A DNA stretch of 64,000 nucleotides from Nitrosopumilus sp. (GTDB lineage: Archaea > Thermoproteota > Nitrososphaeria > Nitrososphaerales > Nitrosopumilaceae): positions 1,600,001-1,664,000 of the forward strand of contig OZ241857.1 in NCBI GenBank assembly GCA_965203315.1, given 5' to 3'. Under the pieces are notes generated by a model. That model made no database searches, was not told the DNA's origin, and saw only the letters and a list, made by a program, of their open reading frames with translations. Positions 32,105 to 42,197 of the stretch are shown here, one piece after another. Numbering within the stretch: position 1 is the stretch's first letter; every line of letters starts with the position of its first letter. Both the position numbers and the translations under genes were made by a program.

Positions 32105-32790
32105 TATTTTACTACCTCTACAGACGCACTACCTTTAGTAATTGAGCCTAATCTATCTATCACGTTTGGCCTTGCTGCGGCGGGTATTTCAAGTATTGCT
32201 TTTAATGAACCATTATTCTGCCACTCTTCTCTCTGTAGTACTCCTATCGATTTTAGTACTGCATACGACTGTGCTACAAACTGTGCTGGAACTATGATCT
32301 CTAATTGTATGCTCTCTGATTTTAGTGCGATTATGGCTCGTAATTTATCTACTATATCTTTGACCTGTTCTTCTACACTGCGATGTGGATCAATTGATAC
32401 TCTGCCATCTTTCATGGCTTGTTCGATTCGAAGAGGTGGATGTGGTAGATGGGTCTTGGGATCTACATACGTCTTTGCAATATGTGTTATGATTTGTCTT
32501 CGTTTCTCCTCGATCATCTTTCTACGTTGATCTGTTGTGAGGTTGAGATCACCTTCTCGTATCATTCGTTTTGCGATCTCGGCTGTATCCTCTGTCTTGA
32601 AAGCTTTGAGTAGTTTTTCTGCAGAAGGTTTGGTACCCTTTTTAGAGTCGATATAGATATCATCTGAGATCAACACTGATGAGACATCATCTCTCTTGCC
32701 CAACTTGAACTCTAGAGCTGGATCTGGCTTTACTAGGATCTCAAACTTTTCTCCTTCAAACGTAAAACGCACTATTGTTGATTCTGCCAT
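32104..32790 (-). CDS. Ribosome maturation protein SBDS/SDO1
   Basis: GEKFEILV, LTTDQRR, PHPPLRIEQAM. Confidence 0.95.
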   Translation of the reverse strand: MAESTIVRFTFEGEKFEILVKPDPALEFKLGKRDDVSSVLISDDIYIDSKKGTKPSAEKLLKAFKTEDTAEIAKRMIREGDLNLTTDQRRKMIEEKRRQIITHIAKTYVDPKTHLPHPPLRIEQAMKDGRVSIDPHRSVEEQVKDIVDKLRAIIALKSESIQLEIIVPAQFVAQSYAVLKSIGVLQREEWQNNGSLKAILEIPAAARPNVIDRLGSITKGSASVEVVK

Positions 32791-32869
32791 CTAGATACCT
32801 AGAGATTGTTCAGTATTTATCTATACCATTACGGGACTCGGAATTATGTCTGGAGAGAGATGTACTACC

Positions 32870-33100
32870 ACTAATGTAATGAACTGACAAGTCAAACAGA
32901 TCGCAATCTTGTTGCATCCCAATTTCATCTTGAGAATAGTAGGAAATTTGCACGAATACCAATATTTTCCTAGGTTTAGTTTTGCAAAGCCCAACCCATC
33001 ATTCAGTTGACGTACCCAGCATTCACGGAGATCTTTTGATGACTAGATGATTCTTGTTTACACCCATTTGTCTGTGCGTATCCTGTTGACTTGATCGTTG
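32870..33100 (-). pseudogene. Degraded IS1595-family remnant
   Basis: Aligns by eye with 57935-58400 (e.g. TTTTGATGACTAGATGATTCT vs TTTTGATGATTAACTGATTCT; shared CCATTTGTCTGTGC); boundaries approximate. Confidence 0.6.
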
Positions 33101-33368
33101 ATCTAGAGTTATCTGTGATGTATCGAATCTCTTCGATTTACGTGGGGTGGTATCTTGCAAACTCTTTTCCTGGTTCTGTTCATTTGACGGAGGTTGAGAT
33201 CGTTACGATGTTATCTCAAAGAACGTATAATATTCGACTCAAAACAGCAACAATTTACGATAGTCCATATGATGCCGTTTCGATGTTTTGCAAAATTTTT
33301 CGAGAATTTTGTGCAGAAAATGCCAACCACCGTAAATTGAACAGAACCACATTCACACCGTAAAATTT

Positions 33369-34277
33369 TCATGAATCTATGTATCGCTGTCTCAGCATTT
33401 TAAGTATATATGATATCTCGTCGGCAATAATCTTGTTTTTTGTTACTGTATATGCTTGAGTATCTATCAAACCAACATCCTCGTCGTATTCGTATGACGT
33501 AGGTCTGGGCAACATCCACTCAGGTAACATTTGGTATTTTAGATTGGTATGAGGTCCTCCACTCTCTACTATTAGTGGCATCCATGTGAAATCGTATGGA
33601 TAAACTTGCGGTACATGACACTCTTGACATACGGTTTCTAAAAACTCATCTTCATATTCGGACTCTCTAACAACTATCCAAATATTATGTTCAGCAATCA
33701 GCTCTATACCACATGACTCGCATCTAAAAGTACTTTTATCGTTCTGGTTTTTATCCTTAATCTTGACACTGCGTTTAAGAGATTCATGACCAAGCCATAC
33801 TGTCGTTATCTCAAATCTACATGTTGGACATTTGCCTACATATGGAAATTCATAACATCCAAATATCAAACCCGGATACATTGCAAAGTTATCTGCATAC
33901 TTTTTTACGTCTTCGTCAAGATGACTGCGAATCTTTCTACTAACGTTTAACATATTGATCTTGTATTTCTTACTTTTATGATCATCGCAGCTATTATTAA
34001 TTCTCTTCACAAGATCGTCCATTACTGAATCATACTCGTCGCTACGTAATCTTTTTTGAATCTGTTCCATCTCTTTCTTTTTATCTGCTAGTGAGTCGAT
34101 GCACCTTTTATCGTCTACTGCACGCTTCATTCTTTTAAAATTTTGCTTGCTAAAGAATTGTGTCTTCATGGGGTACCATTTTATATCATTATGCATAAAC
34201 TGTCTACGACACTGACAACATACTATATCTCCGTACTTGGTATCTTTTTTGACCAACAATAAACTATAGTACATCAT
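33369..34277 (-). CDS. Hypothetical multi-CxxC protein, paralogue of 49105-49983
   Basis: Four CxxC pairs; shared blocks YPGLxFGCY, GHESLKR, DKSTFRC, ELIAEH, VESGGPH. Confidence 0.75.
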   Translation of the reverse strand: MMYYSLLLVKKDTKYGDIVCCQCRRQFMHNDIKWYPMKTQFFSKQNFKRMKRAVDDKRCIDSLADKKKEMEQIQKRLRSDEYDSVMDDLVKRINNSCDDHKSKKYKINMLNVSRKIRSHLDEDVKKYADNFAMYPGLIFGCYEFPYVGKCPTCRFEITTVWLGHESLKRSVKIKDKNQNDKSTFRCESCGIELIAEHNIWIVVRESEYEDEFLETVCQECHVPQVYPYDFTWMPLIVESGGPHTNLKYQMLPEWMLPRPTSYEYDEDVGLIDTQAYTVTKNKIIADEISYILKMLRQRYIDS

Positions 34278-34767
34278 TCATAAATCTCTTTTTATTGAAT
34301 GAGTCTCTTTTTAGCTAGTCAAGTCGGTCTTTGCAATGTGCTGGGGAAAGGATGAGAAAATTTTATTCTGTAAAAATTCAATCTCTGGATGCATCGTTTC
34401 TATATTCTTGTGTATGTACTACATCTTGTGATGGCACGTCTTGATCACCTTTATCTGACTGCGACTTGTAGTAGATTGTAGTAATTGATCAACAAACCTT
34501 TTTTGTACTATGTCCTCAGCCATTGTGTAAAAGCATGGCTACACGATACACGATACATGATATGATACAATGTGGTACGAATATGTTCACAACAGATGTC
34601 ACATTATGTATTCTAGATATCATGGAATTGTACTAAAATACTAGAGTACTAGATTATACCGCATCTCACATACCTGAATAAAGTATTTTTACGTGAATAC
34701 ATACGCAATTTGAGATTACCATTGTCTCTTAGCCAAAATTTAACTAATGTAGTAATCGTGCTATGTT

Positions 34768-35580
34768 GTGGACGAGAGATTTGTCAAAGTCGGCGACCAC
34801 AAGATTCGTTATCTTGAATCCGGCAACTCTGATCATACAATCGTCATGCTTCATGGTTTGGGGGCATCAGCTGAACGATGGACAAACGTTATTCCTATCT
34901 TTGATGATGAATATCATGTGATCGTACCAGATCTTATCGGTTTTGGATATAGCGACAAACCTATTGCAGATTATACGCCTGCATTCTTTGCAAACTTTAT
35001 TGATGATCTTCTCAAAACACTACATATACAGAGTCCAATCTTGATGGGCTCTTCACTTGGTGGTCACATATCTATAGAATATTCGAGTATGCAAAATGAT
35101 ATCAGAAAACTAGTTCTAGTCTCATCCGCTGGCATTATGAAGCAATCTACTCCATCTCTTGATACATACATCATGGCTGCAATGTATCCTGACGAGTCTA
35201 TGGCTAAAAACGCATTTGAAACTATGGATGGTTCTGGACGCAGTGCAGATCCACAACTAGTGGATAGTTTTATCAAGCGTATGCGTCTACCTAATGCAAA
35301 GTTTGCGTTCATGTCCACATTACTTGGCTTAAAAAATTCTGAACCTGTAACTGATAAACTAACAAAAATATCTGTTCCAACTCTTGTTGTGTGGGGAGAT
35401 AACGATACTGTAATTCCATTCTCATATGCTGATCAGTTTGTATCGGCGATCCCTGACTGTCAGCTGTATGTTATGGATGGTTGTGGACACACACCATTTG
35501 TACATGATCCATATCTATTCGCCTCTAAGGTATTAACCTTCTTGAATGAAGATTATGTACCAGAACCTATTGCTCCCTAG
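34768..35580 (+). CDS. Alpha/beta hydrolase (candidate PHA depolymerase)
   Basis: LHGLG, PDLIGFGYS, GSSLGG, WGDND, GH; next to the pha genes. Confidence 0.85.
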   Translation: MDERFVKVGDHKIRYLESGNSDHTIVMLHGLGASAERWTNVIPIFDDEYHVIVPDLIGFGYSDKPIADYTPAFFANFIDDLLKTLHIQSPILMGSSLGGHISIEYSSMQNDIRKLVLVSSAGIMKQSTPSLDTYIMAAMYPDESMAKNAFETMDGSGRSADPQLVDSFIKRMRLPNAKFAFMSTLLGLKNSEPVTDKLTKISVPTLVVWGDNDTVIPFSYADQFVSAIPDCQLYVMDGCGHTPFVHDPYLFASKVLTFLNEDYVPEPIAP

Positions 35581-35729
35581 ACATCACAAATTTGCCTTTA
35601 GAGTATCGGCCTTGAAGATTAGTACTAATCGCTGATGCCATAGACGACTTTTCGTGCCACTATCTCAACTTCATTCAAGTACGAGACGATCAGTTTCATT
35701 TAAATACCGTTTTATTCCATTAATTACCA

Positions 35730-36140
35730 ATGAGTGGTAATGAAAACCAATATGATCCCACGAAAATGTTTCGGGAATGGATCCAACAAGGTGGTAAATC
35801 TCAGTCCGAGTTCATCGAGAACTTTGGGCGACTGATGAGTAACACACCATTTGATCCATTGACAACTCTGAGAGATATCTCTGCAAAGATTCAAGAGACA
35901 CAATCTGATCTCTTTGAAGGCGTATCCTCTGCTCAGCGTAAGGGTATCGACACCATGTTTAACATGGGACAGATGCTTCCATCTATCTTGAACTGGGGTG
36001 CGTACAAGACAACGATCAGTAGTAACGGACGCATATCGATCCCTGAAGCAGAACGTAATGCATTGGGGCTAGACGAAGGTGATCTGATCCAAGTTATAAT
36101 TTTACCACTTGGTAAAAAGAACAAGGAGGTGAAAGATTGA
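35730..36140 (+). CDS. AbrB-domain regulator (PhaR-like)
   Basis: C-terminal NGRISIPEAERNALGLDEGDLI; overlaps the phasin start as in haloarchaeal phaR-phaP. Confidence 0.75.
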   Translation: MSGNENQYDPTKMFREWIQQGGKSQSEFIENFGRLMSNTPFDPLTTLRDISAKIQETQSDLFEGVSSAQRKGIDTMFNMGQMLPSILNWGAYKTTISSNGRISIPEAERNALGLDEGDLIQVIILPLGKKNKEVKD

Positions 36141-36553
36141 GTAACGAAAAACAAGATCCAAAGGACGGATTTTCAGTGTATCAAAAGAGCGTCGACAAGG
36201 TATTTTCTAATATAAAACAGTCAGTACCACAATACTATCAGTCAATTACAAATGTACAGCAAGAATGTCTACAAGCATTTGAGAATATTGTAAACACTAC
36301 CCTTGCATTACAAAAAGACTACATTCACAAGACTGGTATGGCATCAAACGTATCTGACTCTACGATCAGGGCTGTCCGTGATACAACCGAAGAGATGACA
36401 AAGTTTGCAACGCTACAAAACCAAGTTGTACTAGCAACTATTGATGCGACACAACAAAACATCAAGACATTCAACGACAACGCAAAGTCATTTGCTGATC
36501 TAAACAGAAGTATATTCCAGTCATGGATCGAGACATTTACTATAAAGAACTAG
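36137..36553 (+). CDS. Phasin-like protein (PhaP)
   Basis: Amphipathic helical, Q/T/N-rich; PHA cluster context. Confidence 0.6.
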   Translation: MSNEKQDPKDGFSVYQKSVDKVFSNIKQSVPQYYQSITNVQQECLQAFENIVNTTLALQKDYIHKTGMASNVSDSTIRAVRDTTEEMTKFATLQNQVVLATIDATQQNIKTFNDNAKSFADLNRSIFQSWIETFTIKN

Positions 36554-36565
36554 GTTGATCTCTGA

Positions 36566-37639
36566 TCACCTTTTTTTCTCTGATCTATGTGCCAGCCACT
36601 CTCCCATCTCTGGCAGAACTCGTTTTTGAGACAAACTACTAGCAATCATTCCTACATGGCCTGTTGGGTAGACCTGGAGTGTCTTGTCCTGACTATTCAC
36701 TGCATAATGAAGTGGCATACTACATTCTGGTGATACTAGGTGATCTCCTACTGCCACTTGTGTAAATATCGGCATATCTATCTGTTTTAGATCTACTAGA
36801 TCATTGCCTATGCGCATCTTGTTCTGAATGAGTAGATTCTCTTGATAGATATCTTTGATCCATTGTCTAAACAACTCACCCGGTATAGGTGGTGTATCGC
36901 CCAACCATCGTTCTACGCGAAGAAAGTTGTCAACGAACTGTTGATTGTCTATGTTCTTAAAAAATTTGACATACTTTTCAATCCCTTGTTCAAACGGCTT
37001 TAGAACCGAGAAACAGTAATACATAAACTCTGGTGGCATGTTTCCTATTGTATCTACCATCTTGTCGACATCAACATGTTTTGCTAAATTACTGATCACC
37101 GTTGTATCTCGCCAACCGTCTATTACTGGAGCAGTCGCGATATAGTTTTTGATATTCTCTGGATGAAGTGCAGCATATGCGGTAGCAAGTGTACCTCCTG
37201 TACAATATCCTTGCAATGATATCTCTTCTACCGATGCCTCATCTTTGATATATTCTATATGTCCGTCTAGATATCCATTTACATAATCGTCAAAGTCCAA
37301 GTACTTGTCCATGTTGGTTGGCTCTCCCCAATCCAACATGTATACATCAAATCCTTGATCTAGTAAGTTTTTGACCCAACTCTTCTCTGGATGGATATCC
37401 AAGATATGATAGCGATTTATCAACGCGTATGAGATTAGTAGTGGTGTCTGGTATAACGTTGATCGATCTGATGTGTAGTGTAATAGTCTCGTCTTGTCTA
37501 TAGTATGTGATGTGTAGTGCAGAGTCACTTCCATGTTTATATCCTCTGGCGCAACAGCTAGCTTTGGTGCATCAGTTACATTCTTGCTAAATTTTATAAT
37601 CTCCTCGATTATCTGGGGGTCAATCTCTTCTCTCTGCAT
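36566..37639 (-). CDS. phaC: Class III PHA synthase subunit PhaC
   Basis: YALINR.HILD, GYCTGG lipase box, DHLV, GHVG. Confidence 0.93.
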   Translation of the reverse strand: MQREEIDPQIIEEIIKFSKNVTDAPKLAVAPEDINMEVTLHYTSHTIDKTRLLHYTSDRSTLYQTPLLISYALINRYHILDIHPEKSWVKNLLDQGFDVYMLDWGEPTNMDKYLDFDDYVNGYLDGHIEYIKDEASVEEISLQGYCTGGTLATAYAALHPENIKNYIATAPVIDGWRDTTVISNLAKHVDVDKMVDTIGNMPPEFMYYCFSVLKPFEQGIEKYVKFFKNIDNQQFVDNFLRVERWLGDTPPIPGELFRQWIKDIYQENLLIQNKMRIGNDLVDLKQIDMPIFTQVAVGDHLVSPECSMPLHYAVNSQDKTLQVYPTGHVGMIASSLSQKRVLPEMGEWLAHRSEKKR

Positions 37640-38243
37640 TCTGCCTACTCCGTTTCTTTGCCTCTATCTCTAGCCTGCCTACTCGTTTTCTGAGAGTATT
37701 AATCTCTTTGTATATCTCATCAATCTCTTTCTTGCTAGGAAGATTTGCTGATTGGAGTATTGTATTTACTATGTTATTCCAATGATTTGTGATCTCTAAC
37801 TCTTTTGCAACTAACTTGCCATAGTTTGTTCCAAACTTTTCTGAATCGAACAACTCTGTAAAATCATTATCGTATATGTCAATCCATATTCGCTTAAATG
37901 CTTCTATCTGTTCTACATCTTTAGGAATCTTGGGCACCTTAAAATTAACTCGTTCTTGTGCATCTGCCCATGTCTCTGATAGTTGCTTATAGTATTCTGC
38001 AACGTATGTGTTAAACTCGGTCAACAATCCATTGATCTCGATCAACTCTGAACTGATCTTCTTCGAGTTTGTAGCAAAAGTCCGCATCGGTCCAACCGAT
38101 GTCAAAGCTTGTGGTTTACTTGTCATCAGATGTATGATATCTGTCCAAAATAGCGATAGATGTTTGTAGTAGGTTGACATATCGTTATCGTTTGTTTTTG
38201 TATCTTTGGTAAGACTTGACGCGTTATCCACTTCCATAGACAT
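37620..38243 (-). CDS. phaE: PHA synthase subunit PhaE
   Basis: LPSKKEIDEIYKEINTLRKRV motif; directly upstream of phaC. Confidence 0.85.
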   Translation of the reverse strand: MSMEVDNASSLTKDTKTNDNDMSTYYKHLSLFWTDIIHLMTSKPQALTSVGPMRTFATNSKKISSELIEINGLLTEFNTYVAEYYKQLSETWADAQERVNFKVPKIPKDVEQIEAFKRIWIDIYDNDFTELFDSEKFGTNYGKLVAKELEITNHWNNIVNTILQSANLPSKKEIDEIYKEINTLRKRVGRLEIEAKKRSRQNAERRD

Positions 38244-38334
38244 CCTAGTGATAGAGTTCTCAATAAATTATTCGATTCGCTAGGACTGTTGTCATATTAT
38301 CTGAGATGGATTATCAAGATATTCAAAACTTTTC

Positions 38335-39264
38335 TCATGTTGACGATGTAGCACTATCCTCGAGCATATCTTTGAGTCCCGCACATCTATTTCTAATAGT
38401 TACCTCGGTGACTCCAGACGCACTAGAGATATCTTTTTGAGACTTCATCTCACCGGTACTTATACATGCTAGGTATAATGCAGCCGCAGCTATTCCCATA
38501 GGATCTTTGCCTGCAATCATTCCTTTCTTCTTTGCTTTATCTAGAATTGTGATTGCCATGCGCTTACTCTTTTCATTGAGTTCAGCAATACTTGCAATTC
38601 TCGCAACTCCTTTTATTGGATCTACTACTGGCATCTTTAGTTCCAACTCTCTATAGATCAATCGATAACAACGCGCGACATCTTTTCTTCTGATGTTTAT
38701 TCCCTTTGCAATATCGTCTAAAGTTCTTGGCGTCTCTGTGTTTCGACATGCTGCATAGATACAAGCAGCTACCAAACCTTGAATCGATCTACCGCGCACC
38801 AATTTTTTCTCCATCGCTTTTCGATAAATGTATGCAGCTTTTTCGACCACGGCGTCAGTCAACGCGATCTTGTCCTTTAATTTATCCATCTCGTTTAACG
38901 CTTGTCTTAGATTTCGATCTGTAGAGGAATGAGCTTGCGTTCTGTTGTCCCATGTACGCAATCTCTCTATGGAACTCTTTACACTTGCAGAGAGTGGCTT
39001 GCCTGTAGAATCTTTGTTTGCTACACCGATGATAGTGGACAATCCCATATCATGCATTGTAAGTGATGTTCCTGCACCGACCCTTGTTCTGTTTGTCTCG
39101 TCGTTTGAGAATGAACGCCACTCTGCACCTGTGTCCGATATCCTATCTGATACTACAAAACCACATCTTCCACAAAAGAGCTCGCCTGTGTTGTCATCAG
39201 TGATCATCCGTTTATGACCACATGCAGGACACTTTGTTCCTGTGACCACGGTATTAAGCATCAA
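38335..39264 (-). CDS. tfb: Transcription initiation factor IIB
   Basis: CPAC/CGRC Zn ribbon, EWRSF B-reader, two cyclin repeats, GVTEVTIRNR. Confidence 0.96.
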   Translation of the reverse strand: MMLNTVVTGTKCPACGHKRMITDDNTGELFCGRCGFVVSDRISDTGAEWRSFSNDETNRTRVGAGTSLTMHDMGLSTIIGVANKDSTGKPLSASVKSSIERLRTWDNRTQAHSSTDRNLRQALNEMDKLKDKIALTDAVVEKAAYIYRKAMEKKLVRGRSIQGLVAACIYAACRNTETPRTLDDIAKGINIRRKDVARCYRLIYRELELKMPVVDPIKGVARIASIAELNEKSKRMAITILDKAKKKGMIAGKDPMGIAAAALYLACISTGEMKSQKDISSASGVTEVTIRNRCAGLKDMLEDSATSST

Positions 39265-39385
39265 TTAAAATCCACACATTACCTTTTTATCAGTTTTTAT
39301 TTCTAAAGGTTAATCGTATGTGTAAAGTTGAGTCAGTTTTGCCTTTACGTAAATCTTTAATAATTTATCAAAATGTTATGATACA

Positions 39386-39706
39386 TTGAGTAATCTAGGT
39401 GCTGGTAACGAGATATATGATCTACGCCAAACGATTCAACAACTCAAGTCAGATCTCAATAGTATCGGCTCTTCTGTGTCTGATCTGCCAGAGCTGGTTG
39501 ATATAGCAAACTTGCGTAGATCAAATGAACACTTTGCACAGATGAGTGAAAAACAAACAGAGTTGATCGCAGCATATGAACGATACTCGATCTTACTAGA
39601 AGATATGGTCTCTACACTGTTTACTATCCAAAACAGCCTCAAAGATATTCTAAAGGAACAGTCTTCATTGATCCCTGATCCCAAAAAGCGTTCTCGCAAG
39701 CGCTAG
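39386..39706 (+). CDS. Hypothetical coiled-coil protein
   Basis: 106-aa ORF with a TATA-like TTTAATAA upstream. Confidence 0.6.
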   Translation: MSNLGAGNEIYDLRQTIQQLKSDLNSIGSSVSDLPELVDIANLRRSNEHFAQMSEKQTELIAAYERYSILLEDMVSTLFTIQNSLKDILKEQSSLIPDPKKRSRKR

Positions 39707-40695
39707 TCTTGTATGTCATTACTATCTATGACTCTATACTCTACTCCGTCTGAAGATACGACTAGTGCACCATCTAGATCTATTCTTACTGCCTTTCCAT
39801 GTACCGTACTGTTTGTATGATCTAGTTTGATCGTTATGTCTCTACCTATCGTATATGATCTATCTGTCCACTCTTTTATGATATCTGCTGTTCTCTTTAA
39901 TTCGAGAGTCCTTACAATATGTTCCAATTCGATTAAAAACTCTTGTACAAGCACTATCGGTCTAGTCTCTTTACCATTCAGTGACGCAATCTCGTACTTT
40001 GCATCTATCTCTCTTGTGATGTCTTGTACATCTACATCAAAGTTTATCCCCACTCCTACAACTAGATGTGCAACTCTGTTTGACTCTAATGAGACATCTA
40101 CTAGTATTCCTGCAACCTTTTTGTTTTGTAGCATTACGTCATTTGGCCATCGTAGTTGAACTCTTTTGTGTAATGCATGTTCTATCGCCTTTGCTAAAGC
40201 AAGAGACGTCGCAGCTGGAAATAGCATGGCAGCTGTTATGTCCAACTTTGGATACAGTATAACTGACATGAATATTCCTCCATCTCTTGATATCCATCTT
40301 GTACCAGATCTTCCTCTTCCTCTAGTCTGCTGTTCTGCTACTATTACTGTACCATCGTTTTCATGCTTGTTTATCATTTGAAATGCAACATCCTGTGTCG
40401 AGTCTACTTGTTCATAATAGTAAACCCGTTTGCCAATCTTTGTTGTTGTGAGATCTGTGGTGATCTCCCACGGTAGTAACCGATCAGAGTTGGCGACAAG
40501 TCGATATCCTATCTTTTGTTTTGATTCTATCGTGTATCCTAGATCTCTGATCTTTTTGATGTGTTTCCATACTGCAACTCGACTTACTCTCAAGACATCA
40601 CTTAGATCTTGACCAGATAGATACTCTGTATTGTGTGCCTTTAAGAATCTCAAAACCTTGACAAGCCCTGTATCATCAAACGAGTTGTAGATCAA
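39703..40695 (-). CDS. birA: Bifunctional biotin ligase / HTH repressor
   Basis: SRVAVWKHI HTH, DSTQ, QTRGRGR, WPND, KVAGIL. Confidence 0.94.
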   Translation of the reverse strand: MIYNSFDDTGLVKVLRFLKAHNTEYLSGQDLSDVLRVSRVAVWKHIKKIRDLGYTIESKQKIGYRLVANSDRLLPWEITTDLTTTKIGKRVYYYEQVDSTQDVAFQMINKHENDGTVIVAEQQTRGRGRSGTRWISRDGGIFMSVILYPKLDITAAMLFPAATSLALAKAIEHALHKRVQLRWPNDVMLQNKKVAGILVDVSLESNRVAHLVVGVGINFDVDVQDITREIDAKYEIASLNGKETRPIVLVQEFLIELEHIVRTLELKRTADIIKEWTDRSYTIGRDITIKLDHTNSTVHGKAVRIDLDGALVVSSDGVEYRVIDSNDIQD

Positions 40696-40700
40696 TTGTA

Positions 40701-41219
40701 CTAGATTCCAATATCGATATCAAATCCGCCGTCGCCCATGTCGCCACCTGCGTCTCCGCCGTCGCCCATGTCCGATTCGGGCATACTCTCTGCTGGAACA
40801 TAGTCTGACATGTTCATATTCATCATATTGAACATCATACTAAACATCATTATGTCGATCACTCCAAAGAACATCATCATAGGAATAAACGATCTATTGT
40901 CATCTAACCAACCTCTCATCTTTTCCTTGTTTTCGGTCTTGTAGGCTTGCGTCATCTGCATCCAGTTGGATTGCATCTCGTGAATTCTCGATTCGAGCTC
41001 TGTTCTACCTTTCTCAGTAACTAGTATCTCTATCTTCGTTCCAAGCCAACCCTTCTTCTCATTGACTCTTATGAAACCACGTTCTTCCAACCTGCCTAGT
41101 ATCTCATCGACCTCTTTTGGATCTATGTTTGTGATCTTTACGATATCATTAAACTTCTTCTTGCCTCGTATGATCGCACCTAGCACCATCAGATCTTTTG
41201 GTTCTTCCATATCTGCCAT
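40701..41219 (-). CDS. wHTH protein with Met/Gly/Asp-rich tail
   Basis: LGRLEERGFI...VTEKG; tail DMGDGG x2. Confidence 0.7.
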   Translation of the reverse strand: MADMEEPKDLMVLGAIIRGKKKFNDIVKITNIDPKEVDEILGRLEERGFIRVNEKKGWLGTKIEILVTEKGRTELESRIHEMQSNWMQMTQAYKTENKEKMRGWLDDNRSFIPMMMFFGVIDIMMFSMMFNMMNMNMSDYVPAESMPESDMGDGGDAGGDMGDGGFDIDIGI

Positions 41220-41406
41220 TATTCAGTATGATTAAAAAGTTCTTTGTTTTGGGGCACATGAGAATAGACTGTCTAGTGATATGTACATACACGTGTACAT
41301 ACACATACAATACAAATAGACGATGTACAAGATGTACAAGACACACACAAGATATGAAATTATCAAGAGCACAGATTCAAATTATACTTGTGATCCTATT
41401 ATCATA

Positions 41407-41817
41407 ATGAAACATGACTCTCTCTCCGAAGTAGAGATTAGGTCTATCCTAAATCTAAAACGCATAGCTGTTGTTGGCATGTCTCGCGATCCATCAAAGG
41501 ACGCGCATCAAGTACCCAAGTATCTTATCAAAAATGGATATGATGTAATACCCGTAAATCCTTATACTGATGAGATACTTGGTAGACGCTGCTACTCTAA
41601 AGTATCTGAGATCGAGTCTCCTGTGGATATAGTTGAGATATTTCGTCCGTCTGATCAAGTCCTTTCTATAATGTATGATGTCATCAAGAAACAACCATGT
41701 GTGGTATGGTTGCAACTGGGAATTCATAATATTGCGGCTGAACAACTAGCAACAAAATCTGGCATCAAAGTCGTCTTTAATCGATGTATGTTGATCGAAC
41801 ACACGAGATTGATATGA
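41407..41817 (+). CDS. CoA-binding protein (YccU-like)
   Basis: IAVVGMS, PVNP, DIVEIFR, WLQLGI, NRCM. Confidence 0.9.
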   Translation: MKHDSLSEVEIRSILNLKRIAVVGMSRDPSKDAHQVPKYLIKNGYDVIPVNPYTDEILGRRCYSKVSEIESPVDIVEIFRPSDQVLSIMYDVIKKQPCVVWLQLGIHNIAAEQLATKSGIKVVFNRCMLIEHTRLI

Positions 41818-42173
41818 CTCTGTTTACAGATTTTTACAAGAGCTTGCTTGAACTAGCAGAGCAGTATGAAGAACAAGGTCTATCACTTAGAATAGATAGC
41901 GATCTAGAACAAGGATCGATTCATGTTCATGGCGAGCACTCGACACAAGTCACTCAAGCAAGAGACGGTCTAAATTATGCACTCGAACTTGCATACACCA
42001 CATCTGAACATCATCCATATTGGGGATTATTGCATCATGCTGTACAAACAGCATCTGTAGTTTTAGAGAAGTGGAATGATGATATGTCTGATGAGGACTG
42101 GGATGAGATTCAATGGATGGTACAAGAATTAAATCATATACTTGAGAGGGAAGAATCTACTAGGCAGAGATAA
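41814..42173 (+). CDS. Hypothetical protein
   Basis: ATGA overlap with the previous gene; EHHPYW motif. Confidence 0.65.
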   Translation: MTLFTDFYKSLLELAEQYEEQGLSLRIDSDLEQGSIHVHGEHSTQVTQARDGLNYALELAYTTSEHHPYWGLLHHAVQTASVVLEKWNDDMSDEDWDEIQWMVQELNHILEREESTRQR

Positions 42174-42197
42174 ATATTCTGGACACTCATTTGCTGT

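Noticed and set aside
40701-40780. Direct repeat TCCGCCGTCGCCCATGTC in a GC-rich patch
   Set aside because: Explained by the DMGDGG peptide repeat in the protein tail.
41279-41356. GTACA-rich short repeats; similar TGTACATCGT repeats at about 55335-55386
   Set aside because: Irregular low-complexity slippage with no repeat-spacer periodicity, so not CRISPR. They only create spurious N-terminal ORF extensions.
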